64,000 nt of DNA from Felis catus (taxonomy: Eukaryota): positions 114,392,001 to 114,456,000 of the forward strand of contig NC_058373.1 in the NCBI RefSeq assembly GCF_018350175.1, written 5' to 3'. This document shows positions 12,141 through 22,100 of this stretch, piece after piece; position 1 is the first letter of the stretch, and each line of letters opens with the position of its first letter. The position numbers and the translations under genes were made by a program. The notes beneath the pieces are model-generated. The model saw only the letters and a program-made list of their open reading frames with translations. It did not search any database and was not told where the DNA came from.

Positions 12141-13259
12141 CGTTCCCTCTGCACGCACTGGCAGCCTGGGTTCACTCCAGTCCCAGGAAGGGCTGCTGTC
12201 CCCTCCCTCCACCAGCAGTCGCTGCCCTAGGAAAGGGCATCTGCCCCCCCCACCCCAGCAGGGAAGGAAGAGTTGACAGGGTGCATTAAGGTAGGTCTTC
12301 CCAAGCCTCAAGGGCAGCCCAGCCAATGTCTGCTGCAGACGTAACTTTGGGAGAGATCAAGTGAAGGTAGAAATTCAGCTCACCCCCAAAACTTACTGAG
12401 TGCAAGGAACCAAAGGCAGCCTCAAATAGCAATATCCATCCCTGCCTCCCCGAAAAGAACGGCTCCCAAGAACCAAGAACCAGACTTAGGGTTTTCAGAA
12501 GGATCCAACCCCTCTGGCAAGCAAAATATCCCCTTCAAAGCGGTCATCTGGCCTTGGCTGCAGTGCTTCTAGCTAGGGGGACCTGACTCTTCCCAAGATG
12601 ACAACCTACCTATCCTGCCTGGCATGTGTAACAGGACTTAAGGTGGTGGGAATTCCTGATGACTTCCCATTAGGACTGGCCATTTTAACAGCCACTTCCC
12701 CCTAACAGCCCTCCAAATACAGAAGTGCAGGTCAGCTCCAGGTGGACCCACCCCCAACTCCAGTGCCCTTGTTTGGGCCCCTGACCATCTTAGATGCTCC
12801 TCTCCAAGCCTGCAATCCTTCATCATGCCCACCCCAGACAGGTGTTGAGAGGCTATAGAGTTTCAGGTCAATTTCATGTGGGAAAAATGAGCCTGCAAAC
12901 ACTCCACAAAGAACTCACTCAAACCCAGACTTGGTTGGAGTACCATGTGCCAGGGGAAAAGGAATGAAGACCGTAAAGTGGAGAAGACTGTGCTTCAGCT
13001 TTTGCTGAAGGCCTCCGAAGCTGCACAGGTGCCCAAGGCTGGTCCCTGGTCAATAACCAACACACTCGGAAGATAATAGAGAAGTATGGGCTCCCTTTGC
13101 AATAAACTTCCATCCCATCCCCTCTAAGCTCAGAGACTTCCAGCATCAAGGGAGGGAAGTACAGCCATAGGTTTAGCTGTTATGGCTGAGAAAAAAGCAA
13201 CAAGCACTTCTCCTCTTCCCCAGCACCTGTATCCTATACAAAGGACAAACCTACAGGCA

Positions 13260-13327
13260 AAGGAAAACCACAAACCAAGTAAAACCAGCTTCACCATCCA
13301 TGTTTCTTGAAAAAAACGGGGTTTATT
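13260..13327 (-). terminator. Polyadenylation signal AATAAA (13327-13322) with downstream GU/U-rich element
   Basis: TTTATT on + at 13322-13327. The minus strand then reads ...CTGGTTTTACTTGGTTTGTGGTTTTCC about 35-60 nt downstream, and the AU-rich composition ends here. Confidence 0.85.
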
Positions 13328-15146
13328 GATTTTTAAACTGCAAATAGTCGTTACAAAAAGTTTTTTTTTCTTTTAAATAAATTCACACAAAGAAAGAGAA
13401 ATAGAAAGCGACGGTAGTGACCAGCAAGAGGAATAATAATTACATTCATCTTAATGTGTGTGTGCCAGTTCTGTTTGCATTAACATTGGAAAACTCCAAA
13501 CCTGGAATCCAGAACCTCAAATCTGCAACCGGAATGTCTTGAGATGGGCACGTGGAAGTCAAAGGGTTTCTTTTGTTTTTTTGTTTTTTCCCTTTTAGAA
13601 GCCATACATAAAAGTTGTTTTCCTTCTGTACTGTCACAGAACTTTTACATACATTCTCAGTCCTAGCTGAAAAGGCCTAAAGAAGAAGAAACTCAATTTG
13701 CAGTCCAACACAAAGGGGGGAAATTTCTAAAATAAATAATCCAACAGTTTTTTGCATTTTTTTAAATTAATTTTTCATTTTTTTAAAATAAAATAACCAA
13801 AAAAAGTGTAAAGTTACAAAAAATGTCGTTGAAGAATAATATATTAAAACTGTGGAAAAAAAAAAGGAAAAAGACACGTCACAAAATTTTAAGATTAATA
13901 TGAAGATCATAATTTAACATAAAAGAATATATTCTATGGATTTGTCATCCCGATAAATATGAACAAAATTAACAAAAAAAAAGCATAGTTTTGGCAATAA
14001 ATACGTTTTGATAAGTTAAATAAGCTTTTTTATATTGATGTGCAGTGACAAGCAAAATTTTTGCTCTCCAATTTCTGAAAGTTATATGAAGTTTAAAACC
14101 CAGGGAAAAAAGCATGGCGTGAGTGCTCTAAGGATAGACCTACGGTATTCTAGAGCAAAAACCATTGAAGCTACTTCTACAGGAAATCGTTTTAACACAG
14201 CTATTGTATGTGGAATGAATACCATTAACTGCTCACCCCTTACATGTTTTTTTAGCTTTTCTCTCATTTTTTTGTTATTTTTTTTTTTAAAGATGTCACA
14301 TATGAACTGGGGAACTTTAGCACCAAAATCAAGTCTCTCATAGTCCATCTAGCTTCCCCATCCTCCCCACTTTAAAAAAAAAAAAAAAGAAAGAAAAAAT
14401 TAAATCACAAAGTCCCACTTATGTCGCGATCTTCATCCACTTTTTGTCTTCCTTCCTGTAGACCTACGCGAACCCAGGCAAGATTAGTCAACAGAGGTTC
14501 AGGTCGGGAAGAAAAAGGTATTGAATGTCAAGATAGGTTTCCCCAAAAACCCAAGTCTGGCAACAACTCTCCCAAGAGGGGTGTGGGGGGGTCATGGGGA
14601 GAGGGGAGGGGGAGGGTGTGGGAGGCTGAAATAAGGGAAGGTGCAGTTGGGTCGCCAGCGGAGGGAGCTGCTGGTTCTGGGTCCCCTCCCCCTCCCCCAT
14701 GGGCAGAGGCTCAGGGAGGCCCACGGGTGCCCTCTGGCGCTGAAGAGGTAATGTAGTCACAGTGACAAAGTTAGATTACAAGGCACTAAATTGCTTCTGT
14801 AAACTGTTACTGCTTTTTCTTTTGTGATTTGGCACTTAAGGCGTAAGCCGAGGGGAAAAAGGCATCTACTGACAAATATGGGACTTGTCTGTTATGCATG
14901 GTAAGTGGGCTATAAAATCGAGGAGAGGGGGTTTCAAGCCAGAGGAAGCTACTGACAAATTGACTTGTCCTTATGTTGGGGGGGGGGGGTCAAGAGAGGG
15001 GAGAGGGAAGGGGCATTCCAAGGTTCTGGGGGAAAGGGGTTGAGCTTAACCTTGTTAATGTAGGGGTTGTCAGGAATCAGGGAGAGAGGGAGGGGAGGGT
15101 AAGGATGGGGGGTGGAGTAGGCAGGGGGTCCCTCCCTACCCGGGGT
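13305..15146 (-). other. ZFP36L1: ZFP36L1 3' UTR (C-rich proximal part, AU-rich distal part)
   Basis: Runs from the stop codon to the AATAAA signal and contains several AUUUA/UAUUUAU elements. The 3' end is approximate. Confidence 0.85.
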
Positions 15147-16106
15147 TTAGTCATCTGAGATGGAAAGTCTGCTGAAAATGGGCAGGCGTCTTGAGTTGTC
15201 CAAGGTGGGGGAATCTGAGCCACTGTGGCTGCTGCTGGAGCTGCTCAGATAGCCCTCCTGGTCCGAGAGAGAATCCTGAGGGCTGGGGGGAGAGTCAAAC
15301 ATGTGAGGGGACTCGGACATGGGCCGGAAGAGGAAGGTGGTCGGGGAGCCACCCCCGGGCAGCCCCATGCTAGGGGCAAAGAGGTTCGCCAGCTCCTGGC
15401 TGGAGAAGGCGAAGGGATTATTGGTGCCATCTGGCAGGGTGGGTGAGCCCAGGAGGTCATCGGCGCTCAGGATGGGGGGTGGGGTGATGGACGTGGGGCT
15501 GTCCAGCAGCCCTGTGGCAGCGGCGGTGGCAGCGGCACTGGGAAACCCAGCAAAGCTAAAGCTATGCTGGAGGCGGGGACGGTCAGCGGAGAGGTCCCGG
15601 GCCCCGGCCAGGGCGCGGCGCTCCTCAGCGTTGTGGATGAAGTGGCAGCGGGGCCCATATGGGCAAAAGCCGATGGTGTGGAAGGTGCGGCACAGCTCCG
15701 TCTTGTACTTGGGGTGACGGGTCAGGCTTCGGAGCTCGTGGATGCCATGCGCGAACTGGCACTTGTCCCCGTACTTACAGGCGCCGTTCTCCTCAAAGGG
15801 GCGGCACAGCTCCGTCTTGTAGCGGCTGGAGTTGACCTGGCCGCTCCCTGGCTGCTTCTGGGTGGGCAGCAGCCGCTCGCCCCCTTCTGAGAAAGAGCGG
15901 TCTCGGAAGCGGCTGTCCCGAGAGCTCAGAGCTGGGGCCGGCTCGCCCTTGAGGCTGCTGAGGAGCTGGTTCTGGTGGAACTTGGAGCTGGGCAGGGTGA
16001 CCGAGTGCCTTCGGGGGAAGCCCCCACCGGCAGGGGTGCCCACCGCCTTCCTGTCCAGCAGGCAGCCCCCTGCACTGGGAGTACTGTAGTTGAGCATCTT
16101 GTTACC
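15147..16106 (-). CDS. ZFP36L1: ZFP36L1 coding exon 2 (319 aa + TAA); mRNA decay activator, tandem CCCH zinc-finger ARE-binding protein
   Basis: Polypyrimidine tract and CCAG|GGT acceptor at 16107/16106. Two CX8CX5CX3H fingers with RYKTEL/KYKTEL lead-ins (~15633-15824), phospho-motifs [16 protein letters not shown] and LQHSFS, and the C-terminal CNOT1-binding motif [14 protein letters not shown]. With exon 1 the protein is 338 aa. Confidence 0.98.
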   Translation of the reverse strand, partial: GNKMLNYSTPSAGGCLLDRKAVGTPAGGGFPRRHSVTLPSSKFHQNQLLSSLKGEPAPALSSRDSRFRDRSFSEGGERLLPTQKQPGSGQVNSSRYKTELCRPFEENGACKYGDKCQFAHGIHELRSLTRHPKYKTELCRTFHTIGFCPYGPRCHFIHNAEERRALAGARDLSADRPRLQHSFSFAGFPSAAATAAATGLLDSPTSITPPPILSADDLLGSPTLPDGTNNPFAFSSQELANLFAPSMGLPGGGSPTTFLFRPMSESPHMFDSPPSPQDSLSDQEGYLSSSSSSHSGSDSPTLDNSRRLPIFSRLSISDD

Positions 16107-18504
16107 CTGGAGGGAAGAGAGGGAAGAGAGAGGATGGTTGGTGACAAAGGCCACGTACCAGGGCCAAGAAAAGTACCCCTAAGTGCAGCCCCCTCCACAA
16201 TCGGAAATGCCCCTTGTGTCTCTAAGGAACTACCTCTAACTCAGCCCTGGCAAGCCCCCTCCCACAAACCAGCCACCTGGCTTTACTTTGGCCCCATGCG
16301 TAAGAAACTACAAAGTCCTAACCTATAAAAAATTGTTATACATGCACCCTACTCCATGCGGACCCCTGGAATGCACCCCCATATCCTGTCTCCAAAGCTA
16401 CCACTTTTATCCATAAAATCTAACTTTTTTACCTCCCCAGTAGATTCCTCAGCTAAAAAGATCTCCCGTAACTCCGACTTCTCTAGATTCCCTTTCCCCC
16501 CAAACAAGAACAGGTAAACCTCAGGAGACTCTGAGTACCCTCCTTTTAATCAGTCCCTCCTTGATTGACACTCCACACAAACAAACGCCTGGCTTCCCAA
16601 GACTCAACTTCCTCCTTCAGAAAGGTTCCCTTCCTTTGGCAACAGGTTTCCAGACTGCCTTTGCTTTACTTGCTAAGAGGAGGGGAAGAGGAAGGGTCAG
16701 GAGAAATCCTCCATCTGGGGTGGGGGGTGGGGGCCAGGAGAAGGATGGGATTCTAAAATAAAGTTCATTGCCCCACGCCCTGGAAAGAGGTGCCTTCTAC
16801 AATGATCTCCCCACCCCCTCCACTGGGAAGATGCCTTTGCAGTTAGTGTTCTGGCTGCAAGGGCAGGCTTGGATAAGAGCGCCAGTGTTTAATCTTTAAC
16901 GCAAAGCTGCAGGTGGGAAGGAAAAGGAAAGCACCAAATCCCCCCACCCGCCTCCCAGTCAATAGTAGATTTGGGGGGAGGGAAGCAGAGCCACCACAGA
17001 CAGGTTTCTGTTCCAATGGTATACCCTGGTCACCTGCCCAATCTGTACCCAAGATTCGGAAAGGGCACAAGCTGGGGACCAGGGAGTTGGCTCCCAGCCC
17101 ATGTGGGTGTCATTGTGCAAATTCTAAAGTTGGTCCCTTAGGATCAGCTGCAGGGGCTCGGGAATCTGTAACAGCAACCACCCCACAGAGCGGATTACAG
17201 GAACCAAGTGGAGAGCCCGGTTCCCAACAATAAGGTTCATTTAAAAAGTCCGGGGGGGGGGGGCGGGGGTAGGGAGCGAGGGAAAGAGAAATAGATCAAA
17301 GAGTGAGAAAGCCGGGAAGAGAAGGAAGGAGTGCAACAGAGCTCAGGTTAGCTGCCAGGGCAACTGGAGTTTGGGAAAGCCCAGAGAGGGAAGGAAGCTG
17401 AAATTCAAACTTTTTTTGATGTTGTTCTTCAGCTCCTCGGAGTCCCTGCACCCCAACCCTGCAGCCCTGGGGCCCTGGCAGCTGGGCCGACTGGAGAAGC
17501 AAGCTGGGAAAAGACAGCGACATGACCCAACGTGTTTAAAAGAAGGCAAAACACTTTAGCAATTAAAAGTAGCCTAGCAGCTCCCCGCTTTCAAAGTGGG
17601 GAGAGGGGACGAACATAATCTAACATCCAAAGGCTTTTGCTGTGTACGCTTAAACCGCATTCATGGAAAATTGTGTTTAAAACCTGCTTTTTTTCACACA
17701 GGCTGGCAAGCTACGCCACTTAAGGAGGCCCCATTAAATCCTTCCTCGCAGAGCCCCTTGAGCTCAGGCCGGCATTTTGTCCTCCAGGCCCCCCTCAACC
17801 CCCTCGGAAAACAGGTAAACGGGTCAAGCCTAGTACCATTATCACCCCAAAGTTTGCAGTACTGTAGGCGATCCCAGAAGGAAGCCTGGACGAGCTGGGG
17901 CGAACTGAAGTCCTACTGCAAACCCGTTCTGCAACATCCTTTTGAATCACAACTCTTGGCCTTTTTCTCGCAGGTTCCCAGCCCTTCCACATCAGACATC
18001 CCAGTAGAGATGTCGTCCGGAGACTCACTTCCCCAAGGGGAGCCCCTGCTGACCCCACTGGCTAGCGGTGTGGCTGGAGACTCGAACCCCTCCCGGCGAC
18101 AGCGAGACTCAGAGCACGCACAGGCAAACCGAGCAGACCAGCGAAACCGGGCTCAAGCAGCACATTACGGGCGACGGAATCACCAAAAAAAAAAAAAAAA
18201 AAAAAAGGTCCCAGCAAATGACCCGCATCCCTCGGGCGGCCTCGCCACGCAAACTTCGCCCCCCAAAACTCTGATCTCCAAATTCCCATGCAGTAGCCGC
18301 CAGGACCTGTTGAAACTCAAAGGGTGGGAAGGAGAGAGCCAAATTCCTTTAAACTGGGGGGAAAGTAAGGCGGAAAAAAGAACCATCTTGCCTCTCTTCC
18401 TCTCCTTCCTACTTTCCAAGACCTGAACTTTTTGAGGGTTCTTTCTTTAAGCAAAAGAGGAAAAAGAAAACTTTGAAAAGCGAACCCTCCCCGCCCCACT
18501 CTAC
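16107..18504 (-). other. ZFP36L1: ZFP36L1 intron (2,398 bp, GT-AG)
   Basis: GT at 18504-18503 and AG at 16108-16107 join the two exons in frame. No recognisable repeats inside. Confidence 0.95.
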
Positions 18505-18561
18505 CTTGCATAAAACTTCACTCAAGTCGAAGATGGTGGCAGACACGAGGGTGGTGGTCAT
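18505..18561 (-). CDS. ZFP36L1: ZFP36L1 coding exon 1 (MTTTLVSATIFDLSEVLCK, 19 codons)
   Basis: ATG at 18561 (context AGGATGA). Translates to the recognised TIS11B N-terminus and ends at an AAG|GTAGAG donor in phase 0. Confidence 0.97.
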
Positions 18562-18700
18562 CCTGGGCGCTCGCACGGGGCAGGGACGAGGATCTGGTGT
18601 GCCGCGAAGGTCCCGGTGCGGGGAAGGCGCAGCCTCCGGCTCTCCGGTCTGGAGTCCCACACGCCTGCTCCCGGCGCCCCTCGCCTTTCTGACTCTCCCC
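18562..18700 (-). other. ZFP36L1: ZFP36L1 5' UTR (proximal promoter)
   Basis: GC-rich sequence between the TATA box and the ATG. The TSS is inferred about 25-30 nt downstream of the TATA box. Confidence 0.75.
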
Positions 18701-18722
18701 GACTGCGGCGCGCGAAGCCCAA

Positions 18723-18730
18723 TTTATAAA
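18723..18730 (-). promoter_or_regulatory. TATA box (TTTATAAA)
   Basis: TATAAAT on the minus strand within GC-rich DNA, about 165 nt upstream of the ATG. Typical of immediate-early genes. Confidence 0.8.
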
Positions 18731-20939
18731 GTTCAGATTTGGTGGACCGGGGGAGGAGGAGCTTTAAACTTATTTAAATGAGGAAGAGGAGGAAAAAAAA
18801 GGTGATTGACACTGAAGTTGAATCAGCCATGCGGTCAAACTCGGGAAGAAAAAAAAAAAGAAACTTTCAAAAGGAAGAAGGGGGAGGGGAAACGAGGAAA
18901 GAAGGCTAAGAAAAAAAAAAAAAAAAAACCAACTGCAAGCAGCGCACAACTTTTTTTTCTTAAAGAGGAAAAGTTTCGAGTCTCTCGCTTGGCTACCCGG
19001 CGCTTGGGGCGCCCCTCTGTGGGGCCGCGCGGCGCGAGGGGGAGGGGCGCCCCCCCTTTGTCAGCCTGCGAGCGCGGCTCTGTGACATCATTCATTCCAC
19101 CCTCTTCGGGGTTCTTGTTGTTGTGTTGTTGTTTTTTTGTCGGGCAGGAAGGCGGGCTCGACTTTCTCTTTTTGCAGGCGGGAGCAGAACCCGTCCTTAG
19201 CGCCCGGGCTGCGGTTTCCATCTTGAGCAGATCTCCCCTGAAACTTCTCCAAGTGCCCCCCACAACTTAACTCTTTTCCCGAGTTTTCTTCCGCACTCGG
19301 CTGCCTTCCGCAAACCAAGCAGGACCAGAACATCGGGAATTTGGGACGCAGAAAGCATTCGGGTCTAAGGTTTTTAGTTTAGTTTAGTTTTTGTTTTGTT
19401 TTTTTCAGCAGGTCGTGGGGGAGGTAGAGTGGTGGGGGAAACTAGGGAGAGTTTTTCCCTGGGGGGGGGGGGGGGGACCGGGCCGGCTGGGAGAGCGCAG
19501 CACGGTTTCGCGCGCCACACGCGTCTACACTCTCCTGTGCTTCGCAACCGAACGGCGGGAGGGGCAGTAGCGAAAAAGACCACCGCCCGGAAGGATTGCT
19601 TGCTTGTTTAACAGGCTTGGGAGTGGGATTTATTTCACGCATGCAACCCTTAAACTTCTTCAAAAAGAAAACATGAATCCTCATGAATGTCCTTTCCAAT
19701 CCGCCCTCCTCGCCCCCCCTCCCGAAACACCAATAACGCACAACTTTCCACGAGCGCTCTGAACTATGGGACACACGCACACACCCGTAGACGCTTGAAC
19801 AATGAAAAAAGTTACTTTGGCAAGAATGAAGGTAAAGAAATGGGGGAGGCGACACTTTTAACTTCTTGTTGCTTCTCCCCCGCCCCCACGGGAACGGAAC
19901 ATATGGCTTGTCACGCTGCGCTGTTTGGGCGGGATGGGGGGAAGGGGGCATGAGATCTTCCAACCCCCCCCCCAATAGATTATTACTTCTTTTAAGACTG
20001 TAATATATTTACTGTTAGCTTCAGAGGCCTCTCCTTCCACCCAAATAAAAAGTTGTTAACGTGTCGCCCACGGCCCCCGGGTGCTGGAGCGAAGACCCAG
20101 GCGGAAATCGCGGGGCTGTGTTTCTTTCCTATTTCCCCGCGTGCCCGGCCGCCTCCTCAGCCCTCGCACGTTTCTTCCCAGCACTCAAGGCGGCCGGGTC
20201 TGTTATGAAACCCCGTGCGCTGAGTGGCTAAGAGCGGGTTCCATTGCGATGTAATTAGGTCACCCCATTATGAGCACGTTTCTTTGGAAAGGACAGGGCG
20301 GGCGGAGCAGAGCGCTCGAGTCGCGCTCTCACCACCACCACCCACCCACACACACTCACGCATTTTTATTGCATTTCTGGTGTATTCGTCAACCTCCGAG
20401 CAGACCCAGGGAAACCTTCCAAATCACAACTGTTTTAGGAACCGGTTATTTTTCATCTTTGCGAAACACAGAACTTTTGCTGCAACCACCAACCTACGTG
20501 ATCCCAGCCGGGTCTGCTTTTATTTGGCCCCTCTGACTTAAATTGATGGCCCCCATTTTTAACCCGGCTGCTGCCCCTTGCCTTTCCTTCTGCTGCTGTC
20601 CAGCCGCCTGTTGCTTCCCTCCCCCTGCTCCCATATTTCAGCTTTTCTTGAAATCTGGCAAGCGCCAGAAAGGGAAATAACTTCCATCCACCTTAATTTA
20701 AATCACTCAAGTGTAGGTTTCTTTCTTAAAGGGGTGTTTGCTCGCTCCTTTACCCAGCTCCAAGAAAGGGAGGGGGTCGTGCAGTTTCTTGGTGATGAGG
20801 TAATGAGTTCCAGATTTCAGGACAGAGCAGGCTGCGCGTTAAAACCACAAGGTTAGTCTGCGTCCTGATGTGAAGCTATTTCGTCCTTTTATCTGCCTCC
20901 CCCCCACCCCAAAAGACCCATTGGTCTTTAATTCTGGAG

Positions 20940-22100
20940 GGTTCGCGAAGCTCTGCTGGGGGGATGGAGGAGGGGTGGAAAAGCGAGGGAGAAGGGGGAC
21001 CCGGAGCGGGTGGGGCCGCCTGCCCGGCCCCAGGCCTGGCCCGCTGTCCCCCCCGCCCGCGGCTGCAGGACTGGCTAGAAGCACCATCACGCGGCCCCGG
21101 AGCCGCAGGCTAGCTAAAAAGTCTTTTTACCCAACCCCCCCCCCCCCCCCCCGCAAGAGAACTCCGATTCCTCGAATTTCCTCCGCTTTTCCAACTCCCG
21201 GCCGCCTCTCCCCTCCCCCGCTCCCGGGGCGCGGGCAACGCGGGGCGGCGGCCAGCCTGGCCCGCTCGCTCCGGAGTTGTTTACCGGCCCCGCCGACCCA
21301 CCGAGTTTGTTCCAGCTCCCAGAGCCTGCCTCTATAATTAAACTCTTTTTTAATTGTTGGGTTGAAACGTCATTTCGGGGACTTTCCAAGGGTGAGGGAG
21401 CCGAGGGGAGGGAGCGAGCCTCCTTAACCCTTCGCTGACCCGGCGGGCCGCAGAGTGGCGTCCAGCAGGGCCGAGGAGGGCTGAGAGTCCAGGGACCGGA
21501 GCCGGCCCGCCCCGACTGGACCGGCTCTGCAGGTGCCCGATGGCGGCGGGGACGGCGGAGAGCTCTGACCCGGACGGGAAGGCCGACGAAAGCCATCCGC
21601 CGAGCTCCCCGCCCCCTAAGCAATGCAGTCCGCGCTCAGGTTCCTTACCCGCGCGGGGCCGCGAGAGGCAGTCCCTCCACCTGCACTGCAGCTTCCGACC
21701 GGGAGGCGATCCGCCGGATCCTCCGTCCCAGGCCCGACTATCAGGGCCCTCCTGGCGCACTTGGAGCCGGTCCCCTCGCGAGGAGGGGCTGGGCAGGTAT
21801 TTTTGGATGGGGGTGTTAGGTTTTGTTCAAGGAGGAAGGTGAAAGTCCCTCGAAATTAGGGAACCGCGACGGATGTATTCATGGGTGATTCTGGACCGTG
21901 GGCGCACCTCGCGGCAGGTGAGCGTGTGGGGTGCCAGGCCCCTAGCGGGCTTGGCCACGTCAACAGCGACCTCCAAGGCACCCCTCCCCAGGATCCCATC
22001 CTGGCCCGGTTGCAGCACGCGATCTGCCATCGCAGAATCCCACGGCTTCAGGTCGTTTGCACAAACCCCCAAATTCTTCGGATTGGGCCCCGCCCGCCCA
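20940..22100. promoter_or_regulatory. Upstream CpG island / candidate alternative or bidirectional promoter
   Basis: Very CpG-rich, with GC boxes (GGGGCGG), GGGACTTTCC at 21378-21387, TTGTTTAC at 21277-21284 and splice-donor consensus on both strands. Confidence 0.7.

Larger units (their letters stand above)
17850..19600. promoter_or_regulatory. CpG island over the ZFP36L1 promoter and exon 1
   Basis: Dense CpGs and high GC judged by eye. Boundaries approximate. Confidence 0.75.

Noticed and set aside
13630..13645. Roquin CDE-like UUCUGUGA in the 3' UTR
   Set aside because: Only a 2-bp stem closes the UGU loop and the flanks do not pair.
16107..16154. N-terminus [16 protein letters not shown] of the 335-aa ORF call
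   Set aside because: This is read-through into the intron's polypyrimidine tract from a GTG. The real start is in exon 1 at 18561.
15191..16328. Several ORFs overlapping exon 2 on the opposite strand or in other frames
   Set aside because: Shadow frames of a GC-rich CDS.
17596..18426. 276-aa plus-strand ORF antisense within the intron
   Set aside because: GTG start, poly-Lys from an A-run, no recognisable domain. Most likely a chance frame.
19461..19476. Long G/C homopolymers (also ~21136-21152, 62162-62175)
   Set aside because: Lengths are unreliable in assemblies and nothing else suggests function.
21114..21623. 169-aa minus-strand ORF in the upstream CpG island
   Set aside because: TTG start and Arg/Pro/Gly-rich composition expected from stop-poor GC-rich DNA. 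No domain or other coding evidence visible.
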